Shown one piece after another: positions 19,907 through 27,531 of a stretch of DNA of 42,685 bases. Where the stretch lies: IMG/VR virus record IMGVR_UViG_2563366963_000007; one strand, 5' to 3'. The notes below the pieces were generated by a model that was not told where the DNA came from, did not search any database, and saw only the letters and a program-made list of their open reading frames with translations. This stretch comes from a virus. Its lineage: Duplodnaviria > Heunggongvirae > Uroviricota > Caudoviricetes. The position numbers were made by a program, and so were the translations under genes. Every line of letters starts with the position of its first letter. Within the stretch, counting starts at the first letter, position 1.

Positions 19907-20360
19907 TTAAGGCTATCGCCAGCTCCTCTCGTAATACACTGCTCGCCTCTTGCGGCATCTCCGGCCAGACCTTTTTCAGGCGTGGTGGCCACGACTCGAC
20001 GCGGGTACGTAATTCAACGGCGACGCGAGATACAGCGACGCTAATTAATTCAATTGGCGCGTAGCGTTTAGCGAGAATGCGGCGTTTTACTCGTGCCATC
20101 AGGATTCGCTCCTGTCGTTCCTCATTTTTCAGCCACTGCTCGCGATTTTTTTCGGGAGAATTGTCCCCCGCTTCCGGTTCGTCATTACTAGTTGTGTCGC
20201 GTCTATTGCTCCGGAGATAACGAATATAAAAATGGCGCCATGCGTCTAGCTCCCAATCACCACGTCCTTGTGGGACTGGTGCTCCCGGAAGTTTTGCGAG
20301 ATCGCGCAGACGACGATCAGATAGCAGTAAATGTGCTGCAACCTCAGCCTGACTTGCCAT
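19794..20360 (-). CDS. putative terminase small subunit (Nu1-like)
   Basis: 188-aa ORF directly upstream of the large subunit gene; GAGGA 7 nt before the ATG at 20360; assigned mainly by position. Confidence 0.5.
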   Translation of the reverse strand: MASQAEVAAHLLLSDRRLRDLAKLPGAPVPQGRGDWELDAWRHFYIRYLRSNRRDTTSNDEPEAGDNSPEKNREQWLKNEERQERILMARVKRRILAKRYAPIELISVAVSRVAVELRTRVESWPPRLKKVWPEMPQEASSVLREELAIALNELSDIRIDFSDYDVSDIERDLDRVESLARDDTDDGC

Positions 20361-20713
20361 TAAAAATCCTCACCGGAACCGGAAATACCCAAAATGAAAA
20401 AATACTAAAAACGAGCGAGTTTTTGCGCGTCTACCGACCCTCGGTGTTTTGGATTTCGGAAAGGACCCGCGACCAGGGGGCTATCTCCCTTTCAGGACAG
20501 GAATTAGGGGCTCGCATCAGGTTCATCAAACTCAACTGTAGCCTCGCGGCGTACTTGTTTGCATACATCAGCTTTGTGTATCTGATTATCAGCGTAAGCT
20601 TTCACTTTGGCAGCGAGCCATCCTTTTGTGCTGTATCGATAGACTACCGAACAAGTTTTCCATATATGTATATATCTTGAACTTATTGATATCATTACAG
20701 AAAAACAACAACC

Positions 20714-20974
20714 ATGAGAACGCAAAAAATGAACAGAGAAAAAATTGAAGCCTTAATGAGCGTAATATTAAAAGAAGCTGACCCAAAAAAGTTTCCTGAG
20801 AAGTTATCAGAGGACGCCATCGTATCTTTTTATCGTGCGAACTCCTCTTATCTAAATTGTTCAACTTTAAGAGAATGGCTAAGCGGCGAAGCAGAGCCTT
20901 CAGATGAGATACTTCAGAAGATTATGGTTCAGAACAACTGGCGCGCAACAAAATGGTCAAATCAGTTACCTTAA
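20714..20974 (+). CDS. hypothetical protein (opposite-strand moron between lysis and packaging genes)
   Basis: 86-aa ORF in an AT-rich stretch on the strand opposite to all neighbours; weak ribosome-binding site; no family recognised. Confidence 0.3.
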   Translation: MRTQKMNREKIEALMSVILKEADPKKFPEKLSEDAIVSFYRANSSYLNCSTLREWLSGEAEPSDEILQKIMVQNNWRATKWSNQLP

Positions 20975-20988
20975 TCTGTTGAATGTGT

Positions 20989-21012
20989 GCCGCCTTAAAA
21001 CAAAAAGGCGGC
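20989..21012. terminator. GC-rich hairpin between convergent genes
   Basis: GCCGCCTT-AAAACAAA-AAGGCGGC between the 20714..20974 (+) gene and the lipoprotein (-) gene; no clean U-tract. Confidence 0.35.
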
Positions 21013-21033
21013 CTCTCGTTAAAGTAAATTACC

Positions 21034-21228
21034 CTATTTTCCACCAAGGCATGAAGCCTCTGCCCCGGTTGAATCAATACAACCACCGTTCGCAGTAGTA
21101 ATCTTCGTACCCGGCGCGATCATCACGTGTTTAATACTGCTGCCGTCAGCGCGAGTCGCTTCGGTGTATGTCGAATGTGTGCAGCCTGCCAGCGTGAAGA
21201 ACGCGACAGCTAAGAGAAGTTTTTTCAC
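21034..21228 (-). CDS. small lipoprotein (possible spanin-like or moron lipoprotein)
   Basis: 64-aa ORF with signal peptide and lipobox (LLLAVAFFTLAGC); last gene of the lysis cassette; not Pro-rich and no partner i-spanin seen. Confidence 0.5.
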   Translation of the reverse strand: MKKLLLAVAFFTLAGCTHSTYTEATRADGSSIKHVMIAPGTKITTANGGCIDSTGAEASCLGGK

Positions 21229-21235
21229 GTTTTAC

Positions 21236-21715
21236 CTACGCTTCTGAGATAGATTTCTCAGCATTCACCAATGGAAGTGATTGTGGAACATCCGTTTGAC
21301 CTGCTGGCCAGCGGTAGCCTGTTACGCGGGAACGAGGAAAAGCTTTGATATTTACTTCATCTGCCTGGTTGCCCCCCAAAATCATTAAATCCCCGGCGGC
21401 ATTTTTCCCGACAACAAAGCCGACGTGACCACCGCCAGACCGAGACAGAATAGCAATGCATCCATAGGCGGGTTCCTTCAGTTCATTACCCCAATCGAGA
21501 TAAGAATTCGCAGACTCAAAACGCGTTGAGCGAATACCCGCACGTTCCAGCATTGCCCCGGTGAAAGCAGCGCACCACGGTGTTTCGTCATCCTTAATGC
21601 CGCCGCGTTTGATATCTTTCCAGTACTGCACAATTTCTGCAGCATGTTGCTTCCCTTTCATTTCCCGAATGCCGAGGTTTTTTCGAGCCTCGATTAGCCA
21701 TTTAGGATCCGTCAT
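21236..21715 (-). CDS. putative endolysin (cysteine-peptidase-type cell wall hydrolase)
   Basis: 159-aa ORF after two membrane-protein genes; candidate catalytic Cys (ETPWCAAF) and His (GGHVGFV) in NlpC/P60- or CHAP-like spacing. Confidence 0.5.
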   Translation of the reverse strand: MTDPKWLIEARKNLGIREMKGKQHAAEIVQYWKDIKRGGIKDDETPWCAAFTGAMLERAGIRSTRFESANSYLDWGNELKEPAYGCIAILSRSGGGHVGFVVGKNAAGDLMILGGNQADEVNIKAFPRSRVTGYRWPAGQTDVPQSLPLVNAEKSISEA

Positions 21716-21987
21716 TACCTGTCTCCTGTTATTTTTGAAATATTCCCTCGTGCCCGCCAGACAGCAATACAGATGGTGAGGTTGAGAAAGAACTCTGCGG
21801 GATCAACCTGCGTATATTTCCCGTAAAAAATTCGTAGGGCTATCCACGCAGCAGACAGAATCGCGAGGTAAGCAGTTAGTGAGATGAAAAAACGATAGCG
21901 GCCTGTTTTTTGAAAAAACATCAACCGTAGTGCCAACATCAGACAAATAATTGCATTGGCATTGATGAGGACAGAGTGCAGGGTCAT
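21715..21987 (-). CDS. holin/antiholin-like small membrane protein
   Basis: 90-aa ORF with 2-3 hydrophobic helices, between holin and endolysin. Confidence 0.45.
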   Translation of the reverse strand: MTLHSVLINANAIICLMLALRLMFFQKTGRYRFFISLTAYLAILSAAWIALRIFYGKYTQVDPAEFFLNLTICIAVWRARGNISKITGDR

Positions 21988-22370
21988 TATTTCATCCCCT
22001 TATCTGATTTCCATAAACGAGCTTGTGACATGATCCGCAACAGTGATGTAACGCTGATTACTGATGCAACCAGTGCACCAATGGCGGGAGAGACTTTTAC
22101 TGTTACGGGAGGGTTCAGGTGACTCAGCACCGCGTTCAGAATACCGGTAATGATGGCTGACGCTGTCTCAGCGCAATACACACCGCCAACAAACGAAATG
22201 AGTGCGAAAATAACCTGCTTCCAGAATCGATGCTGCCCGGACGACAACACATAGAGAGCTGCGCCTGCCAGCGCACAGATCATCACTGCAGGTGTTGCCT
22301 CAGGAAATAACGCAGCAAACGTCACCCCCGCCGAGCCAGCAGCAACGCCAGCGGTTAGAGGTTCAGACAT
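21987..22370 (-). CDS. putative holin
   Basis: Start reassigned to the ATG at 22370 (MSEPLTAGVAAGS...), which has AGGAAA upstream; about 127 aa with three hydrophobic segments; first gene after the late promoter/terminator. Confidence 0.5.
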   Translation of the reverse strand: MSEPLTAGVAAGSAGVTFAALFPEATPAVMICALAGAALYVLSSGQHRFWKQVIFALISFVGGVYCAETASAIITGILNAVLSHLNPPVTVKVSPAIGALVASVISVTSLLRIMSQARLWKSDKGMK

Positions 22371-22390
22371 GATTTTTCCTGATTCAGAAA

Positions 22391-22414
22391 CGACAAAACC
22401 CCGCCGTGGCGAGG
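22391..22414 (-). terminator. tR'-like intrinsic terminator in the late leader
   Basis: Minus-strand RNA CCUCGC-CACG-GCGGGG followed by UUUUGUCGUUU, about 70 nt downstream of the TATAAT at the Q stop codon. Confidence 0.55.
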
Positions 22415-22481
22415 TTCTTAGAAATCTGGCAACATACCAAATTAGCGTCAAATATGGCCTATTTTGTTCGTTTTTGCAAGC

Positions 22482-22487
22482 ATTATA
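22482..22487 (-). promoter_or_regulatory. candidate late promoter (PR'-like) -10 hexamer
   Basis: Perfect TATAAT on the minus strand overlapping the Q stop codon (GTATAATG); -35 is weak. Confidence 0.4.
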
Positions 22488-23154
22488 CGCAAACGTCGTC
22501 TAAATGGTTCTGATAATGATGCAAAGTTGCAAGAAGTGCCACTTCATCAAGTGCTCTCACCGCCTCTTTCATTCCTACCCAGTGCAGGGAGTATGTTTCG
22601 CACCAGGTGGAACGAGAAACCGACAGCATTCCTGCTAGGGTAGATCCGGCCATCTCCTTAAAATCCTCGCGTTTATTTGCTGCTGCGACCGCCTGCACGG
22701 ACAACCACACCAACGAAAGCAGGCGCTTAACTACTTTTCTCTGAGTTGACGCGGGGATGTTTCCTTTATAGCGACTCCAGACAGCCTCACAAATAGCTGT
22801 TTGGTGTTTGAATGCCAGGTTACCACCGTAGCAATAACGCAACCACGCTTGCTGACTTGCATCCAGCGAGTTCACAGAACGCCGCCAGGATGAATCAGCA
22901 AATTCAAAATCACTCATCGGCGGCGCGGGGCGACGTCTGCTGAAACTTTCCAGAGCGTAAACTGGCGTAACCAGAGCATCAACGGTCCGGTCCTCCAGCT
23001 GCACACGGTGAATATGTTTGCGTGGGTATGCGTTTTTGTCTGCCGGTGGGTGCTCACACAATGCTTCCAGTTGCCCCTTAGAACCACCAGACAAATCCCG
23101 CAATGCAGCGCGCAGTTTTATGCGGGTATATTCCAATAAATACTCGTTACTCAT
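22483..23154 (-). CDS. late-gene antiterminator Q-like protein
   Basis: 223-aa ORF immediately upstream of the late promoter/terminator and lysis genes; overall resembles the lambdoid Q family as recalled. Confidence 0.55.
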   Translation of the reverse strand: MSNEYLLEYTRIKLRAALRDLSGGSKGQLEALCEHPPADKNAYPRKHIHRVQLEDRTVDALVTPVYALESFSRRRPAPPMSDFEFADSSWRRSVNSLDASQQAWLRYCYGGNLAFKHQTAICEAVWSRYKGNIPASTQRKVVKRLLSLVWLSVQAVAAANKREDFKEMAGSTLAGMLSVSRSTWCETYSLHWVGMKEAVRALDEVALLATLHHYQNHLDDVCV

Positions 23155-23447
23155 CAGATAAACTCCTCATCGCGCCAGATAGCCAGTGTTCTGAAAACTC
23201 CCTCAGCGTGCATCAACAACAATGAGTCGTGCTCGTAATCCGTTTTTGTACGTCCGTCGATGGCATCGTGACACGCACTGCAGGCGATAGCGCCCTGCAT
23301 ATCGTGAGGTTTGATGGCTGTGCCGCACGTTCCGGCGAGACGATAATGAGCCAGTACGCTGGTTTCAGGATTGTGATTGCACACACCGGGGATACGCACA
23401 GTACAAGCGCGACTGCGTGCAGCTTTTCTCAGGTCGATTTTTTTCAT
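23154..23447 (-). CDS. YbcO-like (DUF1364) protein
   Basis: 97-aa ORF; DLRKAARSRACTVRIPGVCNHNPETSVLAHYRL...IACSACHD closely parallels E. coli DLP12 YbcO as recalled. Confidence 0.65.
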   Translation of the reverse strand: MKKIDLRKAARSRACTVRIPGVCNHNPETSVLAHYRLAGTCGTAIKPHDMQGAIACSACHDAIDGRTKTDYEHDSLLLMHAEGVFRTLAIWRDEEFI

Positions 23448-24040
23448 GATGTGTAATCCAGCAGCTGCGCGGCGGCATTTTCAGCGGCCTCCTGAGAGGC
23501 AAATGTGCGGAACAAAATATAATTCCACAGCACATCTAAAACGGCTGAATACAGTTGACCGAACTCAAGATCGTCCATCGCTGCAAACGAGATTGAACGA
23601 GGTACGCGCATCAAACTGCCGTCTGGCATCTGATGAACGTCATAAAACCCAGCTTCCATAATCGCCCATGCGCGAAACGCCTCGAACGACTTCACCGCAC
23701 TGATACTCCCCGCGCGCTTTTCCGACTCATCGAGAAGATACTGATCAGCCAGCTCTGCCATGACATCACCGTGTCCACCGTAATACGCCAGTAACTTAAC
23801 GTAGCCGTGAACCAGTTCGCGCTCCGCAGGAGAAATAGCCCCTCCGGACGGATGCCAGTAATCAAAGCCCAGGTTGAGAAGTGAGAAAAATTTACGATGA
23901 AACGCGGGATTACGCGCCTGTTTGAAATCTGCATACACAACAGCACCTGGTTTGACTCGTTCAGTCAACCAGCGTTGCGTGTCTGGTGTCGCGGGTATTA
24001 GCGAACCGCCGGATACCCTGATAAATGAATGCTGCGCCAT
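23444..24040 (-). CDS. YbcN-like (DUF1367) protein
   Basis: 198-aa ORF; motif NPAFHRKFFSLLNLGFDYWHP parallels YbcN as recalled. Confidence 0.55.
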   Translation of the reverse strand: MAQHSFIRVSGGSLIPATPDTQRWLTERVKPGAVVYADFKQARNPAFHRKFFSLLNLGFDYWHPSGGAISPAERELVHGYVKLLAYYGGHGDVMAELADQYLLDESEKRAGSISAVKSFEAFRAWAIMEAGFYDVHQMPDGSLMRVPRSISFAAMDDLEFGQLYSAVLDVLWNYILFRTFASQEAAENAAAQLLDYTS

Positions 24041-24117
24041 GGTTAACTCCAGGTGGCGCGGCAGTGTTCAGAAAATGGTGCCGGGTGTTCAATCCAGCAC
24101 CGATATTATACCGTGTT

Positions 24118-24297
24118 TTACGCGTCAGGGGGTGTAATAGTATATCCAGCTATTTCTGCCAACTCGAGAAACGCCATCAGGCTGGCAATCCGCTCATCAT
24201 CGGTCAGAACACGCACACCAACGATGTGTCCGTCCTTACGCTTGATAACAGCCCGGCATGTTTCCGGTAGTTCGCCTATAGATTCTTGAATATTCAT
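24118..24297 (-). CDS. hypothetical small protein
   Basis: Start reassigned to the ATG at 24297, preceded by GGGGGGAAG; 59 aa. Confidence 0.3.
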   Translation of the reverse strand: MNIQESIGELPETCRAVIKRKDGHIVGVRVLTDDERIASLMAFLELAEIAGYTITPPDA

Positions 24298-24391
24298 GTC
24301 TTCCCCCCAATGCCACAACCTGTATATTTATACAGTATTTTATGGCATTTGTCATAACGCCAAATACAATGAGGGAATAATGAACAATTAT

Positions 24392-24441
24392 ATTCACGTC
24401 GTGAATTTTATTAAACGGTTTTATAGGGGATTAAACCGTTT
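24392..24441. promoter_or_regulatory. intergenic palindromes
   Basis: ATTCACG-T-CGTGAAT (24392-24406) and AAACGGTTT-N11-AAACCGTTT (24413-24441) between two minus-strand genes. Confidence 0.3.
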
Positions 24442-24448
24442 ATGGTCA

Positions 24449-25090
24449 TTATTTATCACTCCTGTAAATTGGAATTAACCATTTTCTAATCGTCGACGCT
24501 GCAGGTGGGTCAGAGTATTTCGCCACAAAAATACCGGATATGTATTGCACGCCACGCGATAATGGCGCTGTCGGGTTTTCAGTAAAAAAACGATCAGCCA
24601 GTTCAATGGCTTCGCTTTTTAATCTGTGCTGTGGTCGTCCTCCGCCCTTTGTTCCCAGGTATCGCGCCAGTTGTTTGAAACGGTAGGCGATGATTAACGG
24701 TCGCATCATCATATTGAAAAAATCGCGGGCATCGTTGTCAGCGCCTTGCGCTATCAACAGTGCAAAAAACAGATACGGGATTATGTACACTTCAGGAGAT
24801 ATACGAACCCGTTCACAAGTTGGTGGAGCCAACTCAATAAGTAAGTCAGCCAGCGGATTCCCCTTTTCTCCACGTTTGTAATAGCGATACAGCGGCCCGA
24901 TATCAAGTTCACTCACGTCGATTTCAGGATGCCCGGCAACGACTGTACGTATCTCTTCTGCCAGAGCGTCAAATATTGCCCCGGTCCGTTCAAGATAGAG
25001 CCTCCGGGTCGAACCGCGATCATCCAACGCCCGTAACATATCTAACCGGCTAACGAAAGTTTCAGGCCAGTCCTCATAGAAGGTTTTCAT
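24449..25090 (-). CDS. hypothetical protein (nin-region, unknown function)
   Basis: Start reassigned to the ATG at 25090 (MKTFYEDWPE...), with GAGGT 5 nt upstream; 213 aa. Confidence 0.45.
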   Translation of the reverse strand: MKTFYEDWPETFVSRLDMLRALDDRGSTRRLYLERTGAIFDALAEEIRTVVAGHPEIDVSELDIGPLYRYYKRGEKGNPLADLLIELAPPTCERVRISPEVYIIPYLFFALLIAQGADNDARDFFNMMMRPLIIAYRFKQLARYLGTKGGGRPQHRLKSEAIELADRFFTENPTAPLSRGVQYISGIFVAKYSDPPAASTIRKWLIPIYRSDK

Positions 25091-25333
25091 AATTACCTCG
25101 AATAATAAAAACTGCACTATTTGCACAATTTATTATTCGTTTTCACGCCGCTGAGTTCTATAAAAAAGAAAAAACCTCCGAGGCAGGGTTTTGTTATGGC
25201 TCGTTAAATCATCATCCAACTTTTTAGACTGAACGGTGATACTTGCAAATATTTGAAAATATGGGCTGGAACCCTATCTTATGATGTGCCTGGTAATTTA
25301 TATTGTTGGGTCTTTATATCATGAGGAATCACT

Positions 25334-25567
25334 ATGGGTACGTTAGGCAACCAGCCGTGCAGAAGTCGTTATGAGTTCGATGATTTTAATTTAGCCAATC
25401 GAGCTGCGGCTCTTACTAAGTTAGCAAAAGAAACTGGTGTATCGGTGGATACCTTAATCAAACTTGAAATTGCTATGCAACTGAATCGGCTCAACTCCAT
25501 CCTTATCGAAAACGGTGACAAGATGGACGAGAATCTGGCAGGTATTGGCGAGATACTGCAGAAGTGA
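25334..25567 (+). CDS. small protein with possible helix-turn-helix
   Basis: 77-aa ORF with GAGGA 7 nt upstream; segment LAKETGVSVDTLIKLE looks like a helix-turn-helix; first plus-strand gene of the accessory cassette. Confidence 0.4.
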   Translation: MGTLGNQPCRSRYEFDDFNLANRAAALTKLAKETGVSVDTLIKLEIAMQLNRLNSILIENGDKMDENLAGIGEILQK

Positions 25568-25573
25568 GAGTAG

Positions 25574-25600
25574 CCCCTCTTCTGAGGGGTTGCACATTTA
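25574..25600 (+). terminator. hairpin downstream of the 77-aa gene
   Basis: CCCCTC-TTCT-GAGGGG followed by TTGCACATTTAAAAT (weak U-tract). Confidence 0.4.
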
Positions 25601-25866
25601 AAATATTAAGGGCGGTCTTCTTCACGTACACAGTCACCTGGTCGAATCGTTCACGCATACTGAGTACAAAAAATCTCAACGATAAGATCAGGTTAGACCT
25701 GTATTTTCCAGAAACATATAGACGCCTAAAAAAACACTAAACTCATGATTATCATGTATGTTTTTACTGGAAACATTGAACCATCCACAATACAGCGTAA
25801 AAAGCAAGCAATTCACAAGATTTTAAAGTGATTTATCTGGAAGACTTTACTACTAACAGTTAATAT

Positions 25867-25911
25867 CGTACCAGAAGTGCAGAATTTGCACTTTTACAGG
25901 AATGTGGTACG
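25867..25911. promoter_or_regulatory. nested palindrome upstream of the ImmA-like gene
   Basis: CGTACC-AGAA-GTGCAGAATTTGCAC-TTTTACAGGAATGT-GGTACG, about 55 nt upstream of the 25966 ATG. Confidence 0.4.
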
Positions 25912-25965
25912 GAACATGCTGTCTATATTTCAACCAATAATCGTAATGCAGTAACTGGAGGAGCT

Positions 25966-26454
25966 ATGGCTACCAACCCAAGAGAGCACGCCCGGCGAGT
26001 GCTGGACACGTTCTGGTGCGGGCGTGGTTTCCCTGTTGATCCAGCGAAAATTGCTCACGACATGGGATTAGATGTTTTTATTACCGATCTTCCTGGGAAA
26101 GTTTCTGGCGCACTGATTAAACAAAAAGATCAAGATCCAGCGATCTTTCTAAACAGTGATGACAACAAAGTTCGTCAACGTTTTTCATGTGGGCATGAGT
26201 TGGGGCATTACATCGCCCGGCAAGCATCGCATAGCGATGAATATGAGTACGTTGATTTACGTGGCGAAACCGCAAGCGCCGGAACGCATCCTGATGAAAT
26301 TTTTGCAAACAAGTTCGCAGCAGAACTTCTGATGCCGGTAGATGAGGTCAGAAAACTGCACGCTGACGGTCAACCAAGTTATATAATGGCGCATTATTTT
26401 GGCGTATCTGACGATGCGATGACTTATCGTTTAAAGAACTTGAGGTTGGGGTAA
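25966..26454 (+). CDS. ImmA/IrrE-family zinc metallopeptidase
   Basis: 162-aa ORF with GGAGG upstream; canonical HEXXH (CGHELGHYI) followed by EIFANKFAAELLMP, the signature of the ImmA/IrrE (M78) family. Confidence 0.8.
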   Translation: MATNPREHARRVLDTFWCGRGFPVDPAKIAHDMGLDVFITDLPGKVSGALIKQKDQDPAIFLNSDDNKVRQRFSCGHELGHYIARQASHSDEYEYVDLRGETASAGTHPDEIFANKFAAELLMPVDEVRKLHADGQPSYIMAHYFGVSDDAMTYRLKNLRLG

Positions 26455-26463
26455 CGCTTTAAA

Positions 26464-27069
26464 ATGCCATCGGATGACGATTTTAACAGCCGTTTCAAAC
26501 AGGAAGTAGCACGCAGACTGAAGGATTCCCTCAACCTACACCGTCAGTTAGCAGAAGAGGTTGAGCCGGAGGACGATGAAACTCCGGTTCAGTCTCCTGA
26601 CGAAGCTTCACCTCAGCCAAAGGTTTCGCACGCCCCCAAAAAAACGGCTGTCCGTATTCGCGGAATAGCCAGAAAAAGAGCTGCCGAAGCTCGCAAAATG
26701 GCTGTAGCTGCGTCTAGCAAAAGAATTCCAACTGCTACACCCTCTCAACAAGTCACCCGTACTGAGAGTAAAATCTTGACCGAGTTCACATCTGTGAAAC
26801 AGGTGAATTCACTTGATACCGAGCATGAGCGCAAACAACTCAACAACAAAGATTTTGAAGCAGAAATCGCTCTAAAAAAACGATACGGGAAATGGTTCCT
26901 GATTATCCTTGCTTTCCAACTTCTGATAATGAATGGTGTATTTATTGCCGACGGCGCAGGTAAGCTGGAATTTGAGGATTTAACACTACAGTTGTACATG
27001 GGCGGTACTTTGACAGAGGTATTCGGCCTCGTGCTGGTCGTGACAAAATACCTTTTTAAACGCAAGTAA
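26464..27069 (+). CDS. membrane protein with charged N-terminal region and C-terminal two-helix anchor
   Basis: 201-aa ORF starting 7 nt after the peptidase stop codon; two hydrophobic helices at the C-terminus (WFLIILAFQLLIMNGVFIADGAG and GGTLTEVFGLVLVVTKYLF). Confidence 0.55.
   Translation: MPSDDDFNSRFKQEVARRLKDSLNLHRQLAEEVEPEDDETPVQSPDEASPQPKVSHAPKKTAVRIRGIARKRAAEARKMAVAASSKRIPTATPSQQVTRTESKILTEFTSVKQVNSLDTEHERKQLNNKDFEAEIALKKRYGKWFLIILAFQLLIMNGVFIADGAGKLEFEDLTLQLYMGGTLTEVFGLVLVVTKYLFKRK
26998..27069 (+). repeat. direct repeat copy A (3' end of the membrane-protein gene)
   Basis: 72-bp segment about 92 percent identical to 30421-30492. Confidence 0.85.
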
Positions 27070-27314
27070 CTCTCTCGGTCCAACAGTCTTTCGAAGGCCC
27101 TGATCAAAGGGCCTTGATAAATTAGCAGTGCGTTGAAAACAGATAGTTATTCCCATCAGCTCCAACGTAATACACATCAAAAAAATCACCATTCTTTTGC
27201 TCTAACGTCAACACCTACCCTTAAAAAAATAATTCTCCAAGAATGAGAAAGTTATTGTGTGTATTAGATAAGATATGAGCTGACACATCTATGGCGTGGA
27301 GCCAAATTTAATAT

Positions 27315-27346
27315 GACAGTCCGCTCTGTGCCATAAGCGGACTGTC
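27315..27346 (-). terminator. 11-bp perfect inverted repeat hairpin
   Basis: GACAGTCCGCT-CTGTGCCATA-AGCGGACTGTC about 190 nt downstream of the 27532..28230 minus-strand gene; AT-rich flanks. Confidence 0.35.
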
Positions 27347-27531
27347 AATAAACAGATTCACTTGTAAATCTTGAAGCTATACATATTTACTTTCAATGAT
27401 AAATAAAAGAACTATCCAAAAATCACTGAGAGCATATTTTAACTAACCCTCCGCTACTATTAACATAAATTTCACCCAACCATAATTAAATTGATACATA
27501 TAGCAACTTACCTTGATACGAATCATCTGGG

